IMG/VR virus record: IMGVR_UViG_3300036987_000130
Span: 1-53,780 of that record
From: a virus
Lineage: Duplodnaviria; Caudoviricetes
Strand: one strand, 5' to 3'
DNA: 53,780 nt
The translations under genes were made by a program, and so were the position numbers. Of the stretch, positions 27,341-36,510 are shown one piece after another. Every line of letters begins with the position of its first letter. Within the stretch, counting starts at the first letter, position 1. The notes beneath the pieces were generated by a model that saw only the letters and a list, made by a program, of their open reading frames with translations, was not told the origin of the DNA and did not search any database.

Positions 27341-29188
27341 TCACCTCTCCATAAACCTGCTTTTAACAACCGTCCTTTTTTTCCCTTTTGTTGAAGCAAG
27401 GCCCCGCCCAGATATCCACGGTAAGCCCGCTCTCATTGCCGCCGCATATGCATACACCTCTGTATCAATCACTTCATTCCTGCCCCCAGGCCGTATGTTC
27501 TGCCACTCACGATATGGATATCCGTCCTTGAACCGGGTAACAAGCCTCTCCGCCGTCAACTGCAAGTAATATTCATCGGCCAGGCCGATATACTGGTGAT
27601 ATCGTCCGGGGCCTGTATCTGTCATTTTTAGCCTGGAATAAATTACCGCCTTCGCCGTATCCGTCCCAACGGGCCACAACTGGACCCCATTTTCAATTTT
27701 TTTTCCCTGCCACGTTACATCCTGAGACGTTGGCCGACCGATCACAGGTTTGGCCGCTATGGAGGCCCCTTTTAACGCAAAGACAATGGGTGTCCGGGTC
27801 CGACAATAGTTGTAAACCTCTTGCGTTCGATGCCCCCCTGAATCAACCCCTGCACTTGTTATCCTAAGCCCCGCGCCGTCTGCCCGATCAAATGTGCGAT
27901 ACAATATCTGGTCAAGCTGACTCCACACCATATCCTGTGACGTGTCGCCGTAAATTTCGCCATACCAGACAAGCCAGCTTTCCTCCCCTAAACCCCAGGC
28001 CCTGACAACGACCGCCAACCGATCGTCCTGCACATCAACCCCGGCAGTTAAAAGCAGACCTCCCAGCGGGACCGTTAACGCCTCATACGCCTCCGCCCTC
28101 GCCTTGATTTCAGTCCACTCTGGCTGTATCCCTGGCTCATCATAAACCTCGCCCTTACGGGTATTCACCCAGACCTTGATGCTCTGGATATTATCCTTGG
28201 CTTTCCAGAACTCAGACGCAATCTGTCTCCACGAAACGAACCCCGCGGGGGACATAAATCCGCTGATGTGATACCCCCGCTTTGTCCTTTCCGGGTACTT
28301 GGGGATCCAAACTCCCCCGGCAAGCATTTGCGTTTTATAGTGCTCGTCGATCCTGGCGCCGCATTTACGGCAAACATACCAGCAATCCGTAACCTGATTC
28401 TCTGCAACCTCAAACTTGATGCCGAACGGCTCCCCCTTCCCGCCCCACTCAAGTGTCTGGAGTCCATCACAGAACGGGCAATGGACGTGATATCCTCTCT
28501 GGTCAGAAGTCTCATACTCTACCGCAACCAGAGAGCTGCCCTTTTCGGTAGGGGTGCTGATTTTAATTATTTTTTTTCGGCTCGAATAGGTATCTGTCCT
28601 TTTCTCTGCAAGGTTTATGGGGTTTCCTTCCCCCTCTACATCCAGGACAAAACCGTCAATGTCATCAAGGATCAAATACCGGATCGACTTCGAGCGGTAA
28701 CTTGCGCCTGAATTACTCCCGGCCAGATACAGCGCCCCCCCCAAAAACTGTTTGGAGAGAACGGTATTGCCACCGTCCCGACTCCTTACAGGCGACACCT
28801 TCTTTGTGAGTTCCGGGGTTTTTTCAATCATAGGAGCAATTCTGTTTTTCGAATGTTCCTGGGCCAGCTCCACCGTGGGCAGCATGTAAAGCGTTGGACC
28901 TGGGGCTACGTCGATAATGTACCCGACAAAATTATTGGCAATTTCAGTTCCCCCGACCTGCGTGCCTTTTATGATCACAATCTCTGTCGTGGGGTCATGA
29001 ACAGACATGCAATCCATGATTTCCTTCAAATATGGGGTCCGGTCGGTTCGATACTTCCCGGCCTCCCGGGAAGACACCTCGGTTAATATCCGCCGGCTGT
29101 TCGCCCACTCCCAGACAGACAACACCCGTTCGGGCCTCAACCCCTCTGCACTCGCTTCCAGATACAGCCGCGTGGGATCATGTATCAT
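27341..29188 (-). CDS. terL: Terminase large subunit, lambda GpA family
   Basis: RTPYLKEIMD, KGTQVGGTE, ILDDID, ISTPT, GVDVQDDR, VDSGG, RNEVID motifs. Confidence 0.97.
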   Translation of the reverse strand: MIHDPTRLYLEASAEGLRPERVLSVWEWANSRRILTEVSSREAGKYRTDRTPYLKEIMDCMSVHDPTTEIVIIKGTQVGGTEIANNFVGYIIDVAPGPTLYMLPTVELAQEHSKNRIAPMIEKTPELTKKVSPVRSRDGGNTVLSKQFLGGALYLAGSNSGASYRSKSIRYLILDDIDGFVLDVEGEGNPINLAEKRTDTYSSRKKIIKISTPTEKGSSLVAVEYETSDQRGYHVHCPFCDGLQTLEWGGKGEPFGIKFEVAENQVTDCWYVCRKCGARIDEHYKTQMLAGGVWIPKYPERTKRGYHISGFMSPAGFVSWRQIASEFWKAKDNIQSIKVWVNTRKGEVYDEPGIQPEWTEIKARAEAYEALTVPLGGLLLTAGVDVQDDRLAVVVRAWGLGEESWLVWYGEIYGDTSQDMVWSQLDQILYRTFDRADGAGLRITSAGVDSGGHRTQEVYNYCRTRTPIVFALKGASIAAKPVIGRPTSQDVTWQGKKIENGVQLWPVGTDTAKAVIYSRLKMTDTGPGRYHQYIGLADEYYLQLTAERLVTRFKDGYPYREWQNIRPGGRNEVIDTEVYAYAAAMRAGLPWISGRGLASTKGKKRTVVKSRFMER

Positions 29189-29741
29189 TTTTGCTTAATT
29201 CTTCGAGGACCGCTATAAATTCACGGTTTAAATGCTCCCGTATCTTCCCTTCTTCCCCCTCTGCGGCCAGAATCGCCGCCAGCCTGTCAGGAAGGTTCAA
29301 CAGGGCATCCCGTATTCTCCTACCCACCGAAAAAGCTGCTTCCCTAACCTTCGCCGCATCCACGAGCTTGCCCGTTTTTTCTTCATATTCCAGCTTCCGA
29401 ATCGCCGCCTTGTACTGTTCGTTGAGCGTCCTGGCTTGCGAAAAGTCAATTACCGGCTTTATTCCACCGGTCCGGGTGTTCCCAGACTCGACGGCCACCT
29501 CTTTTTTCTGGGGATTCCCCCCTCCGATCACGCTCCGGATTTTGCTGTCATTCGTCGGGTCCAGCGTCATCCGGAGTTTTTTCTTTCCAGCCTCGACATC
29601 TATCAGACTTCTTTTGCCTTCTTTCACCGTGGCCCCGTTAAAAACTCCATCGGAAAAAAGGCTTGATATCCTGGCCTGACTCACGCCGACCCGCTTGGCG
29701 AACTCCGTTTGGGTTACAAATTCAGGCTTTTTTTTACCCAT
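29178..29741 (-). CDS. terS: Terminase small subunit
   Basis: N-terminal HTH (TQTEFAKRVGVSQARIS), LEYEEKTGKLVD...IRDALLNLP; overlaps the terL start. Confidence 0.9.
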   Translation of the reverse strand: MGKKKPEFVTQTEFAKRVGVSQARISSLFSDGVFNGATVKEGKRSLIDVEAGKKKLRMTLDPTNDSKIRSVIGGGNPQKKEVAVESGNTRTGGIKPVIDFSQARTLNEQYKAAIRKLEYEEKTGKLVDAAKVREAAFSVGRRIRDALLNLPDRLAAILAAEGEEGKIREHLNREFIAVLEELSKNDT

Positions 29742-30524
29742 CTAAACCCCCCGTATGGGTGCGGATATAACCGGGTTGATATCAACGCTTTGCCCCTTCA
29801 ACCTTGAATGGCTCCTGTCGTTATTGTCATATTTCACGATTTTGCCCCCCCATTTCTTCTGTAACAATGTCAATTGCTCCGTCTCATTTTTGACATTCCG
29901 ATAAGTCGCGCAGCCTCCCGCCTGGCCGCTCCCTGATCCGCCCTGTTTCACGACATAGCTGAACTTGTTCAGCCGCAGAACGCCTCGATATTTATTCAGA
30001 TGTTGCAGCGTCATGTCATAATCTTCTTTCAGCGGCAGTTTTTCGTCATACCTCAAGTCAGACCGGATATGGACTGAGAACGGCCCCCCGATATATGACA
30101 GGGTTGAGAAGGGAGTATATTCCCGATAGCTTTGCAGGTCTGTGTTGCAGTTGATCCCCCATAACCTGACGCCCCATTGCTCCGCAATCTCCGTGTAGAA
30201 TTCAACCCATAAAGGGAAGATGTCCGACTGGACCTTGATCCGCTTCATCTTCTCGTAGCACTGGACCCCTCTCAGGTCGTCATCAATCAGGCAGACAGCC
30301 TCGACGCCTCTTTCATATTCCCGGTCCAGTATCCAGTTGCGAATTCTGCATAAGTTCCCCTGGACACCGACAGGCACCGCGATAATCTCCGCCCCAGGAT
30401 TCCCCCTCCGGTATTCCTCTGCCTCGCTCTCGCAGACCCAGATGCGACAAGTCGGGACATATTTCAGCGTCTCGACAATCGGCCTTTTGTAGCTGGGCGC
30501 GTTTATTGAAATCCGATCTGTCAT
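29742..30524 (-). CDS. GT-A fold glycosyltransferase, TAGT/GREB1-like
   Basis: PSYKR, RIRNWILD, IDDD, RYDE..PLKEDYD..LQ, GGC..YR, LQKKWG motifs. Confidence 0.78.
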   Translation of the reverse strand: MTDRISINAPSYKRPIVETLKYVPTCRIWVCESEAEEYRRGNPGAEIIAVPVGVQGNLCRIRNWILDREYERGVEAVCLIDDDLRGVQCYEKMKRIKVQSDIFPLWVEFYTEIAEQWGVRLWGINCNTDLQSYREYTPFSTLSYIGGPFSVHIRSDLRYDEKLPLKEDYDMTLQHLNKYRGVLRLNKFSYVVKQGGSGSGQAGGCATYRNVKNETEQLTLLQKKWGGKIVKYDNNDRSHSRLKGQSVDINPVISAPIRGV

Positions 30525-31225
30525 TTTGCCCCCAGAAGCCTGTTTATTGCCTCCGCTCCATTAATCACTCGGCCAATACCTTTTTTTTCGTAACCGGGTT
30601 TACTCGACAGTGCCTTGACTGTTTTCAAGTTGAAAAGGGTTTGTGCCTGTAGCCAATCAATGTCGTTGTCGAACGTTAGAACCACATAATTTTTGGACTC
30701 CATCAATTCCTCGGTGAATTGCACTTCCGGAACCGCGTCCCCGGCGTCTTCTCCTTCATCCGGCACTGTGAAGCCCCCTGATGGATCGAAGTCAAAGCCG
30801 GTCAATTCCGTGTCGTAACCCGCCGTATTCAGATCACTGACAAGGCTCATAGCCAGATCATCATCCAGGATAGACAACTCCTGGACCCGATTATCAGCCA
30901 GCATGTCCGCAATTTCAGCCTCGTCGGACCCATAATCCTGATAATCAACCGGCACGGATGTCATCCCGGCCCTTTTTGCCGCCGCCAACCGACAATGACC
31001 GCTGACGATATACCCGGACCTGGTAGAAACCTTAATCGGCCAGCGCCAACCCTGTTCCTTGAGTATCTTCGCCAATAGGTCTATCTGTTCAATAGGATGC
31101 TGGTTAGGGTTCCGCGGGTTAGCCCTGACCTCTGCTGTGGAAATTATCTCCGAAAAAGCGCACCAGACAGGCACGCCGCCGATTTCCGCCTTTGGCTTGT
31201 TCGGTTTATCGTTTTTCTTTGCCAT
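30521..31225 (-). CDS. ParB/Srx N-terminal domain protein
   Basis: NPRNPNQH...QI..L...L...GWRWPI.V....G.IVSGH.RL.AA...G...VPV...LADNR; AAGGAG RBS at MAKK. Confidence 0.9.
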   Translation of the reverse strand: MAKKNDKPNKPKAEIGGVPVWCAFSEIISTAEVRANPRNPNQHPIEQIDLLAKILKEQGWRWPIKVSTRSGYIVSGHCRLAAAKRAGMTSVPVDYQDYGSDEAEIADMLADNRVQELSILDDDLAMSLVSDLNTAGYDTELTGFDFDPSGGFTVPDEGEDAGDAVPEVQFTEELMESKNYVVLTFDNDIDWLQAQTLFNLKTVKALSSKPGYEKKGIGRVINGAEAINRLLGAK

Positions 31226-31631
31226 ATGCTCCTTGACTTCCCTCCTGTTTTCGCAGAAAAAGCTGTCCATTCAACGCTGACACATGTTCTTGCAATTCCG
31301 ATATTTTTCGAAGCAAGAGGAAGGCTTCTTCTATTCTGATCGCCATAACATCATCCGGATTTTTCTCCGCCTCAACCTGCCGCAATTTCTTTAAAAGCCC
31401 CTGGGTTGCCCTTTCCTCCTTGCTCTCCTGCGACTCCGAAAGCTCTTCTCCGATTTGCCCTATTTCAACCACGCCATCCAAAAAAACGGTATAATTCTGA
31501 TCACAAATACCCCGGTATATTTTTTTACTGCTCGACTCCGCCCTGTCCGCCAGCGCAAGCCTCTCCTTAATCCAGATAATATCCTTGACCCTCAATCCGC
31601 CCCGCGATTTCTTTTTATTTCCCGTCATCAA
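31206..31631 (-). CDS. Hypothetical protein
   Basis: 141-aa charged ORF with a G-rich RBS. Confidence 0.6.
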   Translation of the reverse strand: MMTGNKKKSRGGLRVKDIIWIKERLALADRAESSSKKIYRGICDQNYTVFLDGVVEIGQIGEELSESQESKEERATQGLLKKLRQVEAEKNPDDVMAIRIEEAFLLLRKISELQEHVSALNGQLFLRKQEGSQGAYGKEKR

Positions 31632-31663
31632 CCGCCCCCTTTTTTGTAAAAATGAACCACTTT

Positions 31664-31954
31664 TTAATTATAACAGGCCGGATTATAACCCGTTTTCAAA
31701 CCGTCGCCCTGAAAATAAAAGACGGGTTGGCCGACCGAGAGAAACCGACCATGACCCAGAACCTGTTCATTTTTCCCCGCCCGCTCCGCCTCCGACTGCA
31801 CCCCCGAAACATCTTCGTAACGTACCATGAGCCTTAGCGAGTTGACCAAGGCAAGATTTATTCCGGCGGCGAATACAATCAGCCACGGCCACGACTTGCG
31901 CCTCATAGCGGGCAGCTGAAACCCCTTAAAGCGCATATCGAAATATCTACGCAT
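31664..31954 (-). CDS. Possible membrane protein
   Basis: MRRYF... with hydrophobic WPWLIVFAAGINLALV; overlaps the upstream gene end. Confidence 0.4.
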   Translation of the reverse strand: MRRYFDMRFKGFQLPAMRRKSWPWLIVFAAGINLALVNSLRLMVRYEDVSGVQSEAERAGKNEQVLGHGRFLSVGQPVFYFQGDGLKTGYNPACYN

Positions 31955-32321
31955 CTTCGCCTTCCCTGATATGCTCGATGACGCCCTCTGCATCCGGGGC
32001 TGCCCATTTTCTTGTTTGTAACGCCTCGAACTTGCAAACAGCTGTGCCGAGTAAATCAAAGCCACATCTTTGAGCAATCCCCAGCAGCAGAATGAATATG
32101 TCTACGGATTCCTCTGCGATCCAGGAAACCGCGCCTTCGTTCATCGCCTCTTTAAGCTCTGCAACCTCCCGGCCCAGGTGCGCCATGCACCCCTCCATCG
32201 TGCTTTCTGGAAATGTTTTTATTCCCCACTCTCCCACGATCTCTTGAAAATGAGCCAGGTCTGATATGACTTCTGGTTTTTTTCTTGGGACCATTAACAC
32301 CCGCCTTATAATTTTCCCCAT
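31947..32321 (-). CDS. MazG-like/DUF550-type nucleotide pyrophosphohydrolase
   Basis: EW...TFP......HL.REV.EL...EE.VD..ILL...K......RKW......EHIR pattern. Confidence 0.8.
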   Translation of the reverse strand: MGKIIRRVLMVPRKKPEVISDLAHFQEIVGEWGIKTFPESTMEGCMAHLGREVAELKEAMNEGAVSWIAEESVDIFILLLGIAQRCGFDLLGTAVCKFEALQTRKWAAPDAEGVIEHIREGEDA

Positions 32322-32520
32322 TTTCTCTTTCCCCTTTTTTTAGATATGGGCCATATCGACCCCGTTGTTGGACGTAAAAGGTGGGCACGGTTTCTTCATA
32401 GATCGTCGGGTCTTTCACGATAAACCCATCGCCGACGGCTAACACGCTGGCCGGCACCAGACAAAACGCGAAAAAACAGGACCGCATCCACCTTCCGCGC
32501 AATACTTCGACACCGCTCAT
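32152..32520 (-). CDS. Hypothetical protein with a signal-like N-terminus
   Basis: ATGA coupling to the upstream gene; the long 3' overlap with the next gene makes it doubtful. Confidence 0.35.
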   Translation of the reverse strand: MSGVEVLRGRWMRSCFFAFCLVPASVLAVGDGFIVKDPTIYEETVPTFYVQQRGRYGPYLKKGERENGENYKAGVNGPKKKTRSHIRPGSFSRDRGRVGNKNISRKHDGGVHGAPGPGGCRA

Positions 32521-32702
32521 TTATGATACCTGTGGTCCTGAATTCCGACTTCAACCGCGAGGCGGTCCATTTCCCTGATAAACTCCCTTGCCCAGCCTTT
32601 TTCCCCTGATAGTAGCCCGGTTGTGTTCTTCACATTATTTTCTGCAATCGGGATCAACCTGTTTCGCTTTGTTTCATAGCTCTGTTTTTTTACCCTGCCC
32701 AT
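32517..32702 (-). CDS. Hypothetical protein
   Basis: 61-aa ORF, KRNRLIP.AE...W.REF..EMDRL. Confidence 0.65.
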   Translation of the reverse strand: MGRVKKQSYETKRNRLIPIAENNVKNTTGLLSGEKGWAREFIREMDRLAVEVGIQDHRYHK

Positions 32703-32714
32703 TCTCTCTTTCCC

Positions 32715-33170
32715 TTATATCTCGAAGTTTTCAGTGATAAAAATCTCTGTCCTGGGCTCAGTCCCATTTTCCGCAAACCTCTTTTTGGAATCAATTCCGA
32801 CCACGCAAGAGTCGTCCTTCCAGATATGACAATGGTTCAGACAGTCGAGCATGAACTTTTCGTAATTATCCAAATCAGCTTTTTTTTCCGGAAGCCACGG
32901 GGCTGAAGGTCTCAACACCCCCTCGTTTTTCCCGGTCCCATAATGGCCCATCGGCCGGCGTATCCAGAATCTAACGCGGATCTCAATCGCCCCCTCAAAA
33001 TATCGGTTAAGCCGCTTGAGCTGCCTTCTCGCCTCCATGACCCATAGGCTCTGCTCGTCTTCCTGATCACTGTACGTCCTGACCCCCTTACCTATACGGG
33101 CGAACCTGGGGCGGTTTTTAGACACCGGGTCCCCAGATATAACCAGGAAGATTTCCTGCTTTTCTGTCAT
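32715..33170 (-). CDS. rusA: RusA-family Holliday junction resolvase
   Basis: G.PV.K.RPR, DLDNYEK..LD.LN...WKDDS.VV. Confidence 0.93.
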   Translation of the reverse strand: MTEKQEIFLVISGDPVSKNRPRFARIGKGVRTYSDQEDEQSLWVMEARRQLKRLNRYFEGAIEIRVRFWIRRPMGHYGTGKNEGVLRPSAPWLPEKKADLDNYEKFMLDCLNHCHIWKDDSCVVGIDSKKRFAENGTEPRTEIFITENFEI

Positions 33171-33682
33171 TTTTCGAGTCCCCCAGGTAACAACCTCAAT
33201 CCTTTACCCTCAGCCCTGCTTTCAAGCGCCAGGCATTCCCCCCTGCGCTCTGAGGCTTGATACGCATCAACAAATTCCTTGAACCACCACTTCAATTCTG
33301 TTTCCGTCATCGAACACAGCGACCGGAACGACCACCGGTCGCACATCAAGGCTCTCGTTATCGGATCGTTAAAAACCGGTGAACCATAACTGCCCACGCT
33401 TCGAATCTGCTTGATTACCTCCACGGCCTGACCCTCTGCCTTGTCACTGGCTCGCTGGTCCCCGTTGATCGCCAACATGAATTCGGCAACGGTCGGCATC
33501 CCCATGGCCTTTCTGCTTGTCAGTATTTTCATCGCCGCTGTCTCAATCTGCTCAAGACTGAACTCTTTCAGAGCCAGAAAGCGGAGGTTTAAGCCTGGGG
33601 AGCTCATTTGAGCGGAAAAGTTTTCTGCGATTCCGAGCATTATCTTGGAAAAAGCTGCTTTTTCCCTCGGATCATCTTTCAT
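33167..33682 (-). CDS. Replication accessory protein (helicase loader/inhibitor-like)
   Basis: Directly follows the initiator; MPTVAE and GSY.S.VF.DP motifs. Confidence 0.65.
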   Translation of the reverse strand: MKDDPREKAAFSKIMLGIAENFSAQMSSPGLNLRFLALKEFSLEQIETAAMKILTSRKAMGMPTVAEFMLAINGDQRASDKAEGQAVEVIKQIRSVGSYGSPVFNDPITRALMCDRWSFRSLCSMTETELKWWFKEFVDAYQASERRGECLALESRAEGKGLRLLPGGLEK

Positions 33683-34851
33683 GTTTCAATTCCTCCCCCA
33701 TGAATAAAGTCATGAGCTGCGCTCAGGTTATTTCTCAATCGTTCAGGGATAGCCGCCTTCCGTGAATCATAAGCCCCATTTAAAACTTTCTCCATGTTCT
33801 TCGGCCCGATCAGCCAGTTTAGATTCGCCATAAAATCCTTGACCCGACCGGTCAAAAAGTCAGATTGGTTGACTCGTTCAAAATACTGCCGCCACCACCG
33901 GATGTCTTGCCGCTCTTTTTTTTCGAACCACCTCGCCGCAAGTGACTTTTGGCTCCCATCGTTCCACGACTCGACGCTTGGCAATCCAGGGCAACAAGCG
34001 TGGTAGGTTTCGATTATTTGTTGTTGAGGGCAGACGTCCTTTTTTTGCTTTTTCCCTTCGGTTCTTTTTCTTGGTTCTTTTTCCTGGCGCACGCTTTCCC
34101 CCGGCACGGGGGAAGAGTCCCCGTTAGGGGACTCTTTTCTTTTTTCCCTTTCCCTTTCCCTTTCCCCTTCCCTTTCCCCTTCCCTTTCCGGGTCCACTAC
34201 CCAGTCACCCCCTGTTAACATAGTGGTTAACCCTCCGTTAACCGTACCCTCGCAACGAACTCCGCGCAAAGAAAAACCTATTTCTTCCAATAACTTATCG
34301 CCCTTGATCGCATTACAGCTCTTGCAAGCCACAACCAGGTTGTTAACTTGGTTCGTTCCGCCACGGTTAACAGGATGTACGTGGTCCAGGCAGATCGCCC
34401 TTGAATCGTTCCGCATATTCCGGCCGCAATAGACACAGGTGTAATTGTCTCTTTGGTAGATTCGGTTCCTCTCAGTCTGATTCGGAGGCAGAATATATTC
34501 ATCCCTTACACCGTCGGGGCCGGGTATTTCACTCGGAGGTTCAAACCTCCCCACTAACTGATGCTTGGCCCAATTGACAACCTGGCCGAACTTGTCGCCT
34601 CCAACCTCATAACTGGCGATCATCTTCGCTGCCTCAAGCAGATTTAGCACCCGCTCGATGTCGAAATTTAAAAACGGCAGTATATCCAGCTTTAACCGCC
34701 TCGGCTTCCACCGGAAGCGGCCCTCTCTGTCAGAAACGGTCCACAGACCTTGAAAAACCAGCATGACATACATTCCGGGATTTTGGATTTCCAGATCCTG
34801 TAACCCCTCGTGCCGGAAAAATTCCGGCTTCACCGTTCTAATTCTGCCCAT
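33679..34851 (-). CDS. Replication initiator with an internal HNH endonuclease domain
   Basis: MGRIRTVKPEFF N-terminus, RD.YTCVYCG...LDHVHP..RGG.N...NLV.AC..CN..K, charged linker, SDFLTGR...ANLNWL...N..KVL.G.Y C-terminus. Confidence 0.88.
   Translation of the reverse strand: MGRIRTVKPEFFRHEGLQDLEIQNPGMYVMLVFQGLWTVSDREGRFRWKPRRLKLDILPFLNFDIERVLNLLEAAKMIASYEVGGDKFGQVVNWAKHQLVGRFEPPSEIPGPDGVRDEYILPPNQTERNRIYQRDNYTCVYCGRNMRNDSRAICLDHVHPVNRGGTNQVNNLVVACKSCNAIKGDKLLEEIGFSLRGVRCEGTVNGGLTTMLTGGDWVVDPEREGEREGEREREREKRKESPNGDSSPVPGESVRQEKEPRKRTEGKKQKKDVCPQQQIIETYHACCPGLPSVESWNDGSQKSLAARWFEKKERQDIRWWRQYFERVNQSDFLTGRVKDFMANLNWLIGPKNMEKVLNGAYDSRKAAIPERLRNNLSAAHDFIHGGGIET
34135..34190. repeat. Polypurine/polypyrimidine (CCCTTT/CCCTTC)n tract encoding the EREGEREGERERE linker
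   Basis: Directly visible hexamer tandem repeat. Confidence 0.85.
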
Positions 34852-34914
34852 TCTCGCCCCCTCGCCTTTTGTGCTTTCAAGACATAAGCCCCCCTTTTTA
34901 GAGTTTTGGCCGAC

Positions 34915-34951
34915 TGATTACTTTACCGAGGTTAATTTTGTCAACGTCAAC
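34915..34951 (-). promoter_or_regulatory. Promoter/operator for the replication operon
   Basis: TTGACA-AAA-TTAACCTCGGTAAAGTA; 22/28 identical to 40330-40357. Confidence 0.7.
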
Positions 34952-34952
34952 A

Positions 34953-34990
34953 TGCAAAAAGGAGGGTCTCCCCTCCCCCCCTTTTGCACT
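34953..34990 (-). terminator. Hairpin/terminator upstream of the replication promoter
   Basis: TGCAAAAGGGG...CCTCCTTTTTGCA inverted repeat. Confidence 0.55.
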
Positions 34991-34998
34991 TTCATCTT

Positions 34999-35463
34999 CT
35001 ACCCGCGCAGAATCCTGTGCCCGATATCATCGGTAGCCCCATGGATGTTGATTGAGGCCCGTATCGACTCACACGGCCCGCAATATATCCAGGGCATAAT
35101 TTTTTGGTCCCACGAAAGAGCAACCATGTGCACCTTCCGACACATCGGACACCTTGCAGCGACCGTTTTTCGCTCCCGCATGTTTTTAGCATTACGAGCC
35201 AACGCCTCTTTCCGCTTCGCCTCAATCCGACAGACCGCACAGCAATATGTCTGCTTCCCTATCATGTGCCGCCTGGGGATAAACACCTTTTCGCAATTTG
35301 GACAAACCTGCTCCGGTATGCTCTCTATCATCCGCCCTTGCGTCTTCCCACACTTCTTGCAAAATCGCTGTCGTTTCCGCTGGGTCGGATATGGAACAAA
35401 GGACGCCCCACAATTTTTGTTTTCGCATATCTTGATAATGGCTTCCGGCTTCTTTTTTTTCAT
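34999..35463 (-). CDS. Multi-zinc-ribbon protein
   Basis: Several CxxC/CxxxC pairs (C..C...F......Q.FC...C repeated). Confidence 0.75.
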   Translation of the reverse strand: MKKKKPEAIIKICENKNCGASFVPYPTQRKRQRFCKKCGKTQGRMIESIPEQVCPNCEKVFIPRRHMIGKQTYCCAVCRIEAKRKEALARNAKNMRERKTVAARCPMCRKVHMVALSWDQKIMPWIYCGPCESIRASINIHGATDDIGHRILRG

Positions 35464-35654
35464 TCTCAAAACCTCGCTCCTTGCAAGACAGAAAAGTTTT
35501 TGATATGCCGGTCTGGCCGACTATCTAAAAAATCAAAGGCCCGGCCTCTGACCCCGTGAGATACTTGTCGGCCTTGGTTAATTACACGGTGGAAACTCCG
35601 GCGAATCACCCTGTGGAGGCCACGGGGATGTCTTTCGTTTTCCTGGCGCCAGCT

Positions 35655-35807
35655 TTATCTGACATCCAGGCGTTTTTTGTATTTCTCCCACTGCTCCCTC
35701 GCCTCTGCAATCGCCTCTGCTTCATCTTTTCCCGGGATCTCCATAATAATCGCAATCCGCTCTGATACGAAATCATTGTGGGCCACTAGAAGCTCTTGTC
35801 GCGTCAT
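35655..35807 (-). CDS. 50-aa protein missed by the track (MTRQELLVAHNDFVSERIAIIMEIPG...)
   Basis: Translated by hand; ATGA overlap with the upstream stop. Confidence 0.6.
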   Translation of the reverse strand: MTRQELLVAHNDFVSERIAIIMEIPGKDEAEAIAEAREQWEKYKKRLDVR

Positions 35808-36019
35808 ATTAACCCCCAATGGACCAAAAAACAGTCCGCAGCAGAGAACTGGCAGGGGCCGTAATTATTTATTGAACACTTCCATTTTTTAACCCCATTG
35901 ACGTCATATGCATGATGCCCATAAACCGGCTTAGGCTCACGCCTTGATTGACATGCAACGGCTTTTCTCTCCCACGTCTCAAACTGTATTCGCTGGTAAT
36001 CCTTAAATTGTTCCGTCAT
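35804..36019 (-). CDS. Hypothetical Cys-containing protein
   Basis: AGGGGG RBS before MTEQFKD. Confidence 0.55.
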   Translation of the reverse strand: MTEQFKDYQRIQFETWERKAVACQSRREPKPVYGHHAYDVNGVKKWKCSINNYGPCQFSAADCFLVHWGLI

Positions 36020-36032
36020 CCCGCCCCCTTTT

Positions 36033-36212
36033 TTATTTCCAGTTCTTACAGGTTCGCAGCCCCGCCGCCTTTTCGTCCACGGTCTGCCGGGGGAAGTGCT
36101 TATCAAAGAATAGACAGAACGCCCAGCCCTGTTCCGTGTCATCATCTTTCCGACATTTAAACGTGTAATGATCACACATTGCACAAATCGGCTCCCTTCC
36201 TTGTTCAATCAT
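36033..36212 (-). CDS. Small Cys-rich protein
   Basis: C..CDH...C...C..W pattern; coupled to the KTSC gene. Confidence 0.6.
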   Translation of the reverse strand: MIEQGREPICAMCDHYTFKCRKDDDTEQGWAFCLFFDKHFPRQTVDEKAAGLRTCKNWK

Positions 36213-36448
36213 ATCCGCTCCCCTTCCGGCTCGCACTTGTGCGCCTCATAAACCCCCATAAAATGCCGATGGAAGTGGCCACCTACTGACACCGCTCCAA
36301 CCAAATCGTTGTAGGCATCCTGCATAACGCCCAGATAAACATAAGTTCCGCCGCGAGAAAACTTGACATATAAGGCCAGCCTCTCCGGGACATATCCGAC
36401 AGCCTTTATCATTGACGAATCGACTGTTGTCATTTTCGGTAAAATCAT
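36209..36448 (-). CDS. KTSC-domain protein
   Basis: VDSSMIKAVGY.....LYVKF..GGTY.Y.GV....Y..L..A.SVG..F. Confidence 0.9.
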   Translation of the reverse strand: MILPKMTTVDSSMIKAVGYVPERLALYVKFSRGGTYVYLGVMQDAYNDLVGAVSVGGHFHRHFMGVYEAHKCEPEGERI

Positions 36449-36510
36449 TTCCTGCCCCTCCTTCTTCCAGAAACGAGTCGGGCGCGACCACTATGGCCAC
36501 GCCCGTTTTT

